Positions 49,512-59,566 of a DNA stretch of 64,000 bases are shown piece by piece. The DNA lies in assembly GCA_963662795.1 (NCBI GenBank), contig OY759746.1, positions 1,568,001-1,632,000 of the forward strand. Reading direction: 5' to 3'. Position numbers and translations under genes: made by a program. The notes under the pieces were generated by a model. It ran no database searches. It was not told the DNA's origin and worked only from the letters and a program-made list of their open reading frames with translations. Within the stretch, counting starts at the first letter, position 1. Every line of letters begins with the position of its first letter. Source of the stretch: Spirochaetia bacterium. Its GTDB lineage: Bacteria > Spirochaetota > Spirochaetia > CADAEX01.

Positions 49512-50177
49512 TCAATCATTTTTTAACATGTATTCTTTGATATGCTGAAGTCCTTTTTCCAAATGTTTTTCATATATCTTTTTCGCCTGGTTTATATCAA
49601 TATTTTTAATAGAGTTAAAGATCAATAAGTGCTCTTCAATATTTTCTTTTTTTGCCGGCATGATTAATACATTCTTGTCCATGGCAATACACAGGCTGAG
49701 TTGACATTCCAGATCTTCCCAGATTTTTATAAGCCGTTTGTTGTTTGTTAATTCACAGATTGTTTTGTGGAATTCAAGATCTTTTGATACATGCCCGTTT
49801 ATTGATTTTTGTTTTTTCATTTCGTCTAATATTTTTGATAATTTGTTTAAAATATCCTCATTTATGTTTTTAATAATTTCTTCAACCGCAAGAATTTCTA
49901 TGGCATTTCTTAATTTGAAAATTTCCTCGATATCCCTGATGGTAAATTTTACCACAAATGTTCCTTTATACGGAATTGTATTAACAAGACCTTCTTTTTC
50001 AAGATAACGAAAAGCCTCTCTAATCGGATAACGGCTTATATTCATTTCACGTGATAATCTTGCTTCAGAAATTTTTTCACCGGGTTTTATCCTGCCGCTG
50101 ATAATCGCGCTGCGGATTTCCATTGCGACATCACTGGTTAAAGGTTCTCTTTTTTGGGAATTAAATATATTTGCCAT
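49512..50177 (-). CDS. GntR family (FCD) transcriptional regulator
   Basis: IISGRIKPGEKISEA..SRYPIREA..LEKEGLV; DLEFH, EEHL. Confidence 0.92.
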   Translation of the reverse strand: MANIFNSQKREPLTSDVAMEIRSAIISGRIKPGEKISEARLSREMNISRYPIREAFRYLEKEGLVNTIPYKGTFVVKFTIRDIEEIFKLRNAIEILAVEEIIKNINEDILNKLSKILDEMKKQKSINGHVSKDLEFHKTICELTNNKRLIKIWEDLECQLSLCIAMDKNVLIMPAKKENIEEHLLIFNSIKNIDINQAKKIYEKHLEKGLQHIKEYMLKND

Positions 50178-50365
50178 GTTTTGCAATCCATTATTATGAA
50201 AATATTAAATTAACAGGAAATCTTTAATATTATGATATATTAAAAGATTTTATTCTATAGACTGTAATCTGGAAAAATACTTTTATTGCGGATAATACGG
50301 TGTTGGTTTTTACACTGCAATATCAGGCCCGGGAATACAAGAGATAATATATCTGATAATATCCA

Positions 50366-51322
50366 TCAGCTTCTGATTTTGTTTAAAAAAGCCGCCGCCC
50401 GGCTGTAATTCATCCCTTTGGTAAATTCAAAAATCGTGTCCTCACGGTTTCCTTCCGGAAGGGAGGCTTTGACAATAGGGTTTTTTATATAAAAGAGTAT
50501 GTCCTTTATGCTGATTCCGTTTTCAGCGGCATAGGCAAGAAAAGATAGTTCCGTAAAATCTTTTTTCCCGGCATTATACAGATATTCAATACCGTCCTGC
50601 ACCTGCTCAAACGGGCTTTTGGTATAGTGAAAAACCCTTGCAACAGGTTTTTTTTGAGCGATTATGCCGTTCTTTTTAAGTGTTGTTTCCATATCAGATA
50701 TCATTTCTGTTATTTCCTTCCATGGAAAATAAATTCTGAAAAGCATAACCGCTATGTCTGTAAGGTAATTATTCTTGTGAAGGAGGGCCGGGATATCATA
50801 GTTTATAATATAATATTCTTTGTGCTTCTTGATTGAATTACCGTATATTGTCATAAAATCTTCCGGTTCAACCCAGATATTAAACAGCCCTTCCTCATCA
50901 AGGGCGAATTTTTTCATGGCAGTATAGGGGTTTATTATTTTTGCTTTTTTAAAACTGCAGCCGTAGTGGTCTTCAAACATTTTGATCATGTTTGCTGTGA
51001 AATATCTCTTCCCTTTTTCCGCTGCCTTTATTTTGTTGGCGTAATGGTGTTCTATAATATGTTTTGAGTTTATGTAATCACCCGGGTAATTTGCGAGGTA
51101 TACAAGCCTGACATTTTCCGCATATTCCCGGTTTCCCTTTATTACTTTTAAAAGCGAGCTTTCAACCTCAACGCCGTTTGTCTCAGGCCGCAGATAGATA
51201 AAAACATCATTTGTTTTCCCTGTCGGATCCGGTCCAGGATAAGGTACCAGTACCGACGGGTTATGCACTATCCTTTTTTTGCGCGGCTTTTTTATCAAAA
51301 CTTCTTTCCGTACTGTTTCCAT
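50366..51322 (-). CDS. Hypothetical protein, possible divergent nucleoside-diphosphate-kinase fold
   Basis: NDVFIYLRP, IIEHHY, FHYTKSPFE resemble atypical NDK-like proteins; overlaps acyl-CoA synthetase end. Confidence 0.45.
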   Translation of the reverse strand: METVRKEVLIKKPRKKRIVHNPSVLVPYPGPDPTGKTNDVFIYLRPETNGVEVESSLLKVIKGNREYAENVRLVYLANYPGDYINSKHIIEHHYANKIKAAEKGKRYFTANMIKMFEDHYGCSFKKAKIINPYTAMKKFALDEEGLFNIWVEPEDFMTIYGNSIKKHKEYYIINYDIPALLHKNNYLTDIAVMLFRIYFPWKEITEMISDMETTLKKNGIIAQKKPVARVFHYTKSPFEQVQDGIEYLYNAGKKDFTELSFLAYAAENGISIKDILFYIKNPIVKASLPEGNREDTIFEFTKGMNYSRAAAFLNKIRS

Positions 51323-53367
51323 ATCTTGAAAGCTATATTCATCGGTTCAATCATCGGGACAGTATATGTGTGAAAATCTTTTTTATATAAATAATCCCTT
51401 ATACTGAATACATATTGTGAAAATCCTCTCGGAGATACAATCATCGGTTTTGTCATTGAATGCTTCAGGTCAACAAGTCTGTCGGCAAGGTATTCGGAAA
51501 GATAGGGTACCTGTAGATAAAGCGCGGTTATTATACCGTCTACATTCGGGTCCCTGTCTATGATTTTCAAGGCTTCAAGCAGTCTGTCGTCATCGCAGTC
51601 GCCAAGCAAATCTATCGGGTTAGCTCCGAATATATGTTTTGCCTTTATCAGGTCACGAAGGGCTGCCTTTGTCCCGTCACTGAAAACAGCAAGCTTCATC
51701 CCATAGGCGGTTATCTGGTCTGCAATAAGTATTCCGGCTCCTCCTCCGACGCTGACAACGGCAATCCTGTCGTTGTGCGCCATGGGGTTTGTTGTAAGGA
51801 GTGATAATATATTTACCAGGATCTTGGGGTCTTCGGTGAGGGCCTCAATCATATAAAACCCCGCCTGTCTGCAACATGCCCTGAATGCCTCCACATTGCC
51901 GGCAAGGGTTGCTGTATGGGAAAGGGTCGCCTCTGCGCCCCCGCCGACTCCTCCCTTGATTATAAGAACAGGTTTTTTCTTTGTAACCTTTTTTCCGATT
52001 TCAAGGAAATGCTTGCCGTTCTTTATTCCTTCAAGGTATATAGCGATTACAGAAATATTGGGATCATCTCCCATGCTGTCGAGAATTTCAGGAAGGCCTA
52101 CACCGCTTGCGTTTCCTATTGAAACAAGTTTCCCGAGTTTCATGTTATCAGCTTTCATCATTTCAATGATTTCAAGACCCAGCCCTCCGCTTTGCGAGAT
52201 AATTCCGATGCCGTTCGGCTCCTCAATTATGCTGGTCCTGTGCTCGGGGATAAAAAAAGTGTTCATTCCCGAAAAATTGTTTATTGCGCCAAGACAGTTG
52301 GGCCCTACATACGCCACTCCGTACCGGCGGCTTATTTCGACAAGTCTGTCTTCCAGGTCTTTTCTTCCCACTTCCGCAAATCCGTCGCTGAGAATTATTG
52401 CTCCTTTCCCCCCTTTCTTGCAGAACTCTTCAAATTCCCTTACAGTCCCTTCCGCGTTGATTATAAACACCCCTACGTCCGGCGCTTCGGGAAGGTCCCC
52501 GATATTTTTATAGCATTTAAGGCCCATTATATAATCACGCCTGGGATTTATCGGATATAGTCTTTTAATTCTCATGCAGTTTTTAAGAATAATACCGCCC
52601 ATTGTTCCGGGGCGGGATGCGCCCAGCACTGCCATTGACTCGGGGTTAAGCAGAGAGTTAAGGCTGCGTCTTATCTTGTCCGGAATTTCAGGTTCCACTT
52701 CAATAAATACAGGATCTCCTTTTATAACCCTCGCATCGACAAGCGAATACCCGTTTTCATAAAGGACTATCGGGTTGAGGTCTATTTCAAGTATGTCCCT
52801 GTTTTCGGCCATGAGGGCTGATATATTAACGGCAATGGAAATTATTGCCTTTTTATCAAGAGGCTTTCCCCTGAACCCGTCAATTATCTGTCCGGCCCTG
52901 GTGAGAGAGAGCATCTCGTCAACATCTTTTTTCGACAAAAGACCTATCCCCGGAGCTGTGTCTTTTAAAAGCTCTACATATTTTCCTCCGCTTCCGGCAA
53001 TTATCAGCGGCCCGAAAACCGGGTCCTGATGCGCACCGACAAGCACCTCAAAACCGCCCGGGGCCATTTTCTGAAGCAGCAGTTCTTCCTGTTTCCTGTA
53101 ACCAGCTTTGGAGATGTTTCTGTTTATATCCGAGAGTGCTTTTTCAAGTTCATCCCTGTTTCTGATTCCGAGAATAACTGCACCGATATCCGACTTATGA
53201 ACTATTTCTTCAGAATTGGTTTTAAGTACAACAGGATACCCGAGCTTTTCGGCAGCTGCGCCAAGAGAACTGATATCTGCTTTACAGACTTCCCCCGAAA
53301 CAGTGATGTTGTATTTTTCAAGTAATTTTTTTGCTTCTGAAAAACTGATTTGTTTTCTCTCGGACAT
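51295..53367 (-). CDS. ADP-forming acyl-CoA synthetase (ACD), fused beta-alpha order
   Basis: N-terminal ATP-grasp (YPVVLK, HKSDIGAV, DPVFGP, DLNP), then CoA-binding domain, GPNCLG, SQSGG, SHT phospho-His. Confidence 0.88.
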   Translation of the reverse strand: MSERKQISFSEAKKLLEKYNITVSGEVCKADISSLGAAAEKLGYPVVLKTNSEEIVHKSDIGAVILGIRNRDELEKALSDINRNISKAGYRKQEELLLQKMAPGGFEVLVGAHQDPVFGPLIIAGSGGKYVELLKDTAPGIGLLSKKDVDEMLSLTRAGQIIDGFRGKPLDKKAIISIAVNISALMAENRDILEIDLNPIVLYENGYSLVDARVIKGDPVFIEVEPEIPDKIRRSLNSLLNPESMAVLGASRPGTMGGIILKNCMRIKRLYPINPRRDYIMGLKCYKNIGDLPEAPDVGVFIINAEGTVREFEEFCKKGGKGAIILSDGFAEVGRKDLEDRLVEISRRYGVAYVGPNCLGAINNFSGMNTFFIPEHRTSIIEEPNGIGIISQSGGLGLEIIEMMKADNMKLGKLVSIGNASGVGLPEILDSMGDDPNISVIAIYLEGIKNGKHFLEIGKKVTKKKPVLIIKGGVGGGAEATLSHTATLAGNVEAFRACCRQAGFYMIEALTEDPKILVNILSLLTTNPMAHNDRIAVVSVGGGAGILIADQITAYGMKLAVFSDGTKAALRDLIKAKHIFGANPIDLLGDCDDDRLLEALKIIDRDPNVDGIITALYLQVPYLSEYLADRLVDLKHSMTKPMIVSPRGFSQYVFSIRDYLYKKDFHTYTVPMIEPMNIAFKIWKQYGKKF

Positions 53368-53478
53368 TGTTTGGCTCCTTACTTGAAGGGAAATATAATA
53401 TTGCGGTCTATGGTTATTATGCTCTCTTAGGTGAATAATTTCAAATATAATTTTAAGGATAATGAATCCTCAAAAGAC

Positions 53479-53526
53479 TTGAAATTATTGCAAACGTTTA
53501 CTATTATTTAATGGTAAACGTTTGCA
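53479..53526 (+). promoter_or_regulatory. sigma70 promoter overlapped by two LacI-type operators
   Basis: TTGAAA-17 nt-TATTAT; TGCAAACGTTTAC (53489-53501) and GTAAACGTTTGCA (53514-53526). Confidence 0.8.
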
Positions 53527-53565
53527 GAAAGGAAGAGAGCGCCGTAACAGGCCTCAAACCGGAAA

Positions 53566-54567
53566 ATGACCGTAACCATAAAAGATATTGCAGAAAAGGC
53601 AGGTGTATCATACGCCACAGTCTCAAGAGCGTTAAACTATAAATACGGTGTAAACCCCTCGACCCGCCGGCAGATCCTTGAAATAGCGTCCAGCATGAAT
53701 TACAGCCCCAATGCGATAGCCCGGGGACTTGTCAAAAAGCAGACACATACAATCGGCCTTATTATTCCTGATATAACAAATCCTTTTTTCCCGGAGGTTG
53801 CCCGCGGTGTTGAGGATATGTCCGAAAAAATGGGATACAGCATTTTTTTGTGCAATTCAAACTGGGATAAAACCAAGGAAAACCGTTATGTAAAACTCCT
53901 GATTGAAAAAAGGGTTGACGGACTGATTCTTGCCCCGTCTGCAAGTATTATAACTGAAGAGGACAGGCAGATATATTCACGCCTTCCGGTTGTCCTTATG
54001 AGCGGCGTACAGAGCGGATGCGGGACCGCTTCTGTTGTAGTTGACAATGTAAAAGGCGGGTTTATCGCAGGTAAGTATCTTATTGAAAAGGGGAGAAAAA
54101 AACTCTGCTATATAGGGGGAGCTGAAGATTCATTTTCAGTTAAGGAGAGATTTGAAGGGTTTTTTCAGGCAGCAGAAAGCAGTTTTTCAGTCAGCCTTTC
54201 ACCCGACCTTGTGGGGTTCGGTGATTACAGGCAGAAAAGCGGGTACAGGATAATGAAAGAGCTCCTTGAAAGCAGGAATATTCCTGATGCTGTTTTTGCG
54301 TCAAACGACCTTCTTGCGATCGGAGTTATTCAGGCAATAAGGGCATCAGGGCTTAAAGTGCCTGAAGACATTTCCGTGATAGGTTTTGACAATATTGCGG
54401 CGGCAGGATTCGGAGAGGTTGAACTTACAACCATTGAGCACCCCAAGTACAGAATGGGCGAACTTGCCGCCGGAATGCTTCTTGAAAAAATTGACCTGAA
54501 GCCGGAAATGCAGGAAAATAAAAGAGTGGTCCTTGAACCTGAACTTATTATAAGGAGAACAGCCTGA
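53566..54567 (+). CDS. LacI family regulator of the inositol cluster
   Basis: TIKDIAEKAGVSYATVSRALN, YSPNAIARGL, PEDISVIGFDN. Confidence 0.95.
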   Translation: MTVTIKDIAEKAGVSYATVSRALNYKYGVNPSTRRQILEIASSMNYSPNAIARGLVKKQTHTIGLIIPDITNPFFPEVARGVEDMSEKMGYSIFLCNSNWDKTKENRYVKLLIEKRVDGLILAPSASIITEEDRQIYSRLPVVLMSGVQSGCGTASVVVDNVKGGFIAGKYLIEKGRKKLCYIGGAEDSFSVKERFEGFFQAAESSFSVSLSPDLVGFGDYRQKSGYRIMKELLESRNIPDAVFASNDLLAIGVIQAIRASGLKVPEDISVIGFDNIAAAGFGEVELTTIEHPKYRMGELAAGMLLEKIDLKPEMQENKRVVLEPELIIRRTA

Positions 54568-54690
54568 TATAGAGGTATTTAAGGATGCACTTCCGGAATG
54601 GCAGTGTCTTAAGCGGTGATGCCGTGAATAGAAAAAAACCTTAAGGCTGATTCTCTTTTTTTAAACTAAATAAAAAAACTGGAGGAAAAG

Positions 54691-55485
54691 ATGGTTATCA
54701 AACAGAACACGGATTTCCCTGAAGGGTATACATCTGTAACTGAACTTGACGGAAAGTTCAGCGAAATGAAAATGGATTTTGGCATTCTTAAAATCAGGAA
54801 AGGGAAAAGCGAAACCTTTAAAGAGAAAAAGGAGAGAGCATATCTCCTTATGACAGGAAAAATTGTATTTGAATGGGAAGGGAAAAAACAGGAAGCATCC
54901 AGAAAGGATTTCTTCAGGGAAAGTCCATATGTCCTTCATGTTCCCGAAAATGTTGAAGTGAAAATTACCGCTCTTGAGGACTGTGAGATCGCAATCCAGA
55001 AAGTTAAAAATACCAGCATTTTTGAGAGCCGTCTTCACACACCTGATGAATGCATTTCGGCGGAATTCGGTAAAGGGACTCTCGGTGAAACATCAACCAG
55101 AATTGTAAGAACCGTTTTTGATGCGGCGACCTCACCAATGTCCGGAATGGTAATGGGTGAGGTAATAAACTTTCCGGGGAAATGGTCAAGCTACCCGCCT
55201 CATGCCCATGCACAGCCTGAAATTTACCACTACAGGTTTTATCCGAAACAGGGTTTTGGTTTTTCAATGCTTGATGACGATGCCTATGTCGTTAAAAACG
55301 GATACACCTGTACGCTGGACCCTGACAAGGTCCACTCCCAGGCTTCAGGCCCCGGATACGCGATGTATTATATATGGATGATTCCCCATATCCCTGAGCA
55401 GAAGTGGTCAAGGGAAACTACATACTTTCACAAAGACCACAAATGGCTGCTTGACGGCGGCGCCAAAATATGGCCGGAGGCATGA
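54691..55485 (+). CDS. iolB: 5-deoxy-glucuronate isomerase
   Basis: GKWSSYPPH, EIYHYRF, GYAMYYIW; iol context. Confidence 0.88.
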   Translation: MVIKQNTDFPEGYTSVTELDGKFSEMKMDFGILKIRKGKSETFKEKKERAYLLMTGKIVFEWEGKKQEASRKDFFRESPYVLHVPENVEVKITALEDCEIAIQKVKNTSIFESRLHTPDECISAEFGKGTLGETSTRIVRTVFDAATSPMSGMVMGEVINFPGKWSSYPPHAHAQPEIYHYRFYPKQGFGFSMLDDDAYVVKNGYTCTLDPDKVHSQASGPGYAMYYIWMIPHIPEQKWSRETTYFHKDHKWLLDGGAKIWPEA

Positions 55486-55591
55486 ACAGCGGGCAGGTCA
55501 AACGTGCCGGCAGGATATTTCCTGACGCAAAGGCTTCGTAAATTCAAACATTACGAATAACGAAATATAAATTATGGAATGGAGGGAATAA

Positions 55592-57526
55592 ATGGAAACT
55601 ATCCGCCTTACAACAGCACAGGCAATAGTAAAATTTCTTGATAAACAATATGTGGAATTAAACGGCAAAGAAGAAAAATTCGTTAAAGGGTTTTTTATAA
55701 TCCCCGGGCACGGCAATGTTTTAGGTCTTGGACAGGCGCTTGAGGAATCCCCCGGAGATCTTGTTGTGCATCAGGGGAGAAACGAGCAGGGGATGGCCCA
55801 TGCCGCAATAGGTTTTGCCAAGCAGAAGCACAGAAGGCAGATTTATGCCTGCACATCCTCAATCGGCCCGGGAGCAGCCAATATGGTAACAGCGGCGGGA
55901 ACAGCTTCCGCCAACAGAATACCGGTGCTCTTTTTCCCCGGAGATACCTACGCTTCCCGGCAGCCGGATCCTGTACTTCAGCAGGTAGAGCATTTTCATG
56001 ACCTTAATATTACGACTAACGATGCTTTCAAGGGCGTTTGCAGGTTCTGGGACAGGATTAACAGGCCTGAGCAGGCAATGACATCGCTCATTAATGCCAT
56101 GAGGGTCCTTACAGATCCTGCAGAGACAGGAGCTGTAGCCATAGCGCTGCCTCAGGATGTAGAAGGAGAAGCTTACGATTATCCTGTCGATTTTTTTAAA
56201 AAAAGGGTTCACAGGATTGAAAGAAAGGCGCCGACCGCTGAAATGCTTAAAGATGCCGCGGCGGCGTTCAAGGGAAAAAAGAAACCCCTTCTGATCTGCG
56301 GCGGCGGAGTGCGTTATTCGGAAGCACATGATGTGTTTAAAAAGTTTGCGGAAAAACACAACATCCCCTTTGCTGAAACTCAGGCCGGGAAAAGCGCAAT
56401 CCCGTATGACCACTATCTTAACCTCGGGGGAATAGGCACGACCGGCGGACTTGCCGCGAATCTGATCGCTAAAGACGCAGACCTTATTATCGGCGTAGGC
56501 ACCAGGATGGGTGACTTTACGACTGCATCCAAATGGCTTTTCCAGAACAGCGGGGTAGAGTTTTTAAATATCAATATAGCATCCTTTGACGCATACAAGA
56601 TGGATGCCGTGAGGGTAACCGCGGATGCTAAAGCCTCTCTTGCCGCGCTTTCCAGAGAACTTCTCAAGACAGGCTATAAATCCTCATGGAAAAATGAAAT
56701 CAAGGATGCACGGGATAAATGGTTTGCTGAACTTGACAGGCTTTTCAGTGTCGAGTACAGCAGGAAAGGTTTTACTCCTGAAGTTGCCGGACACAGGGAC
56801 AGCATGCTTAAAGAGTTTGCGGATGATTTCGGATGCTGCCTGACTCAGACAAGGATTCTTGGAATCCTTGATGAGATGCTGGATGACAGCGCAATTGTTG
56901 TAGGGTCTTCCGGAAGCCTTCCCGGCGACATGCAGAGGGTATGGAAACCGAAAAAGCCCAATACCTACCATATGGAATACGGCTACTCATGCATGGGATA
57001 CGAAGTGTGCGCATCACTGGGGGTAAAACTTGCCGAACCTTCAAGGGAAGTCTACTCATTTGTCGGAGACGGGTCATACATGATGCTTCATTCAGAACTT
57101 GTAACATCAGTACAGGAAGGGAAAAAAATCAATATCCTTCTTTTTGACAATACCTCTTTCGGCTGCATAAACAATCTGCAGATGGAAAACGGACAGGGAA
57201 ATTTCATGACAGAGTTCAGGTACAGGGATTCGAAGTCAGGTAAACTTGACGGAAAGATCGTCCCTGTTGATTTCGCAATGAACGCCTCTGCCTATGGATG
57301 CAAGACCTATACAGTGAAAAATGAAGAAGAACTGAGGGAAGCAATAAGGGATTCAAAGAAACAGAAGGTTTCGACCCTTATTGATATCAAGGTTTTTCCG
57401 AAGACCATGACACACGGATATGAGGGATTCTGGAGAGTCGGAAGTTCGGAAGCTGCCGTGAATAAAAAGATTGTAAGAAAAAACACAGAGATGAAAAAAG
57501 AGCTTGATAAAGCCCGAAGATATTAA
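55592..57526 (+). CDS. iolD: 3D-(3,5/4)-trihydroxycyclohexane-1,2-dione acylhydrolase
   Basis: [46 protein letters not shown]. Confidence 0.95.
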   Translation: METIRLTTAQAIVKFLDKQYVELNGKEEKFVKGFFIIPGHGNVLGLGQALEESPGDLVVHQGRNEQGMAHAAIGFAKQKHRRQIYACTSSIGPGAANMVTAAGTASANRIPVLFFPGDTYASRQPDPVLQQVEHFHDLNITTNDAFKGVCRFWDRINRPEQAMTSLINAMRVLTDPAETGAVAIALPQDVEGEAYDYPVDFFKKRVHRIERKAPTAEMLKDAAAAFKGKKKPLLICGGGVRYSEAHDVFKKFAEKHNIPFAETQAGKSAIPYDHYLNLGGIGTTGGLAANLIAKDADLIIGVGTRMGDFTTASKWLFQNSGVEFLNINIASFDAYKMDAVRVTADAKASLAALSRELLKTGYKSSWKNEIKDARDKWFAELDRLFSVEYSRKGFTPEVAGHRDSMLKEFADDFGCCLTQTRILGILDEMLDDSAIVVGSSGSLPGDMQRVWKPKKPNTYHMEYGYSCMGYEVCASLGVKLAEPSREVYSFVGDGSYMMLHSELVTSVQEGKKINILLFDNTSFGCINNLQMENGQGNFMTEFRYRDSKSGKLDGKIVPVDFAMNASAYGCKTYTVKNEEELREAIRDSKKQKVSTLIDIKVFPKTMTHGYEGFWRVGSSEAAVNKKIVRKNTEMKKELDKARRY

Positions 57527-57542
57527 ACATAAGGAAAAAAAT

Positions 57543-58436
57543 ATGGATAAAAAGAAAGTCAAACTTGCCATGGCCCCGATCGGCTGGACAAACGATGACA
57601 TGCCTGACCTTGGAAGTGAAAACACATTCGAGCAGTGCGTAAGTGAAATGGCGCTTTCAGGATTTACAGGAAGCGAAGTGGGAAATAAGTATCCCAAAAA
57701 CCCGAAAGTACTGAAACAGTATCTTGACCCGCGGGGAATTCAGATTTGCAACCAGTGGTTCAGTTCATTTCTTACAACTGAAAGCCTTTCTTCAGTTAAG
57801 AAAGCGTTCAACGCTCAGCTTAAATTCCTTGAAGCTATGGGAGCATCGGTAATTGGACCTGCTGAACAGGGAAAAAGCATTCAAGGCAAACTCGATGTTC
57901 CTGTTTTCGCGGGCAAACCGACATTCACTGATGATGAATGGAAAAAACTTACAAGCGGTCTTAACGAGCTGGGTAAAATCGCGAAGGAAAAGGGTTTCAG
58001 GCTCTGTTATCACCATCACATGGGAACAGGTGTTCAGACCCTTGAGGAGACAGACAGGCTGATGGAAAATACAGACCCCTCATATGTCTACCTTCTTTTT
58101 GATTCCGGGCATTTTACGTTTTCAGGTGAAGATCCGGTAGCGGCACTTAAAAAACACATTAAAAGGGTAGGCCATGTCCACCTTAAAGATGTAAGACCCA
58201 ATGTGCTTAAAGCTGTAAAATCCAAAAAAATGAGTTTTCTTGACGCGGTCAGGGCCGGAGCTTTTACAATTCCAGGCGATGGATGTATAGATTTTCCTTC
58301 AATTTTTAAAGTACTTGAAGAGGGTAAATACAAGGGCTGGATGGTAGTTGAAGCGGAACAGGATCCCGCAAAAGCCAATCCGTTTGAATATGCTCTAAAG
58401 GCAAGAAAATATATAAGGGAAAATGCGGGTATATAA
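57543..58436 (+). CDS. iolE: myo-inosose-2 dehydratase
   Basis: [33 protein letters not shown]. Confidence 0.95.
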   Translation: MDKKKVKLAMAPIGWTNDDMPDLGSENTFEQCVSEMALSGFTGSEVGNKYPKNPKVLKQYLDPRGIQICNQWFSSFLTTESLSSVKKAFNAQLKFLEAMGASVIGPAEQGKSIQGKLDVPVFAGKPTFTDDEWKKLTSGLNELGKIAKEKGFRLCYHHHMGTGVQTLEETDRLMENTDPSYVYLLFDSGHFTFSGEDPVAALKKHIKRVGHVHLKDVRPNVLKAVKSKKMSFLDAVRAGAFTIPGDGCIDFPSIFKVLEEGKYKGWMVVEAEQDPAKANPFEYALKARKYIRENAGI

Positions 58437-58524
58437 TGATCAGGCCCTTTAAAGCCGGATAGAAACGCTGCCCCTCAATCGGGGCGGCATCCTGCCTTAG
58501 GCGGGACAATAAAAAGGAGAATAT

Positions 58525-59547
58525 ATGGCAGATAAAATAAGAGTTGGAATAATCGGAGCCGGCAGGATAGGAAAAGTTCATGCTGAAAGCATAGCGTATC
58601 ACATCCCCGAGGCGGAAGTTGTAACAGTTTCTGATCCGTTTGTAAACGCGGATATCGAGAAATTCATGAAAAATCTCGGTGTTAAAAAAGTTACAAATGA
58701 TTACAAAGAGATTATAAATGACAAGGATATTGATGTTGTCCTTATCTGCTCGCCTACAAACACTCACTCCCGGTACAGTATTGAAGCGGCCAACGCAGGA
58801 AAACATATCTTCTGTGAAAAGCCGATAGATATGGATGTTGATAAAATAAAGGAAACAATAAAAGCCGTAGAAAAAGCAGGTGTAAAATTTCAGGTTGGTT
58901 TTAACAGAAGGTTTGACCATAATTTCCTGAAAGTAAAAGGCCTTGTGAAGGAAGGCAAGGTCGGTGATATCCATGTTGTAAGAATTACATCAAGGGACCC
59001 GGCAGCGCCTCCGGCCGAGTATGTAAAAGGCTCGGGTGGTATGTTTATGGATATGACTATTCATGATTTTGATATGGCAAGGTATCTTTCAGGCAGCGAA
59101 GTAGAGGAAGTTTTCGCATACGGTACTGTTTTAGTCGATCCGGCAATCGGTGCGGCAGGAGATATTGATACAGCTGTTGTAACCCTTAAATTCGCAAACG
59201 GGGCGCTTGGAATAATTGAAAACTCAAGACAGGCTATATACGGCTATGACCAGCGGGTTGAGGTTTTCGGAAACAAGGGAGCTGTCGAGGTATCCAATGA
59301 TAAACAGTCATCTGCTGTTTTAAGCACAAAGGAAGGGGTAGCAAGCGAAAAGCCGCTTTATTTCTTTCTCGAAAGATATATGGAATCATTTACTGAGGAA
59401 AAGAGACAGTTTTTTGCAGCTATAAAAAACAATACAGCTCCTCCTGTAGGAGCGTTGGACGGTCTTAAACCCGTGCTTATAGCCAAGGCGGCGCTTAAAT
59501 CTGTTAAGGAAGGCCGGCCTGTCAAAATATCAGAAATAGACAAATAA
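58525..59547 (+). CDS. iolG: myo-inositol 2-dehydrogenase
   Basis: GAGRIG, CEKP, GFNRRFD, SRDP, DMTIHDFD, YGYDQRVE. Confidence 0.95.
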   Translation: MADKIRVGIIGAGRIGKVHAESIAYHIPEAEVVTVSDPFVNADIEKFMKNLGVKKVTNDYKEIINDKDIDVVLICSPTNTHSRYSIEAANAGKHIFCEKPIDMDVDKIKETIKAVEKAGVKFQVGFNRRFDHNFLKVKGLVKEGKVGDIHVVRITSRDPAAPPAEYVKGSGGMFMDMTIHDFDMARYLSGSEVEEVFAYGTVLVDPAIGAAGDIDTAVVTLKFANGALGIIENSRQAIYGYDQRVEVFGNKGAVEVSNDKQSSAVLSTKEGVASEKPLYFFLERYMESFTEEKRQFFAAIKNNTAPPVGALDGLKPVLIAKAALKSVKEGRPVKISEIDK

Positions 59548-59566
59548 AAATACAGGGAGGAAAATA

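Noticed and set aside
58306-58974. 222-aa minus-strand ORF (also 51896-52513, 33708-34319, 24209-24793, 55859-56413, 59749-60309 and other shadow ORFs)
   Set aside because: Antisense to well-supported genes, with no recognisable motifs or RBS; expected codon-bias shadows
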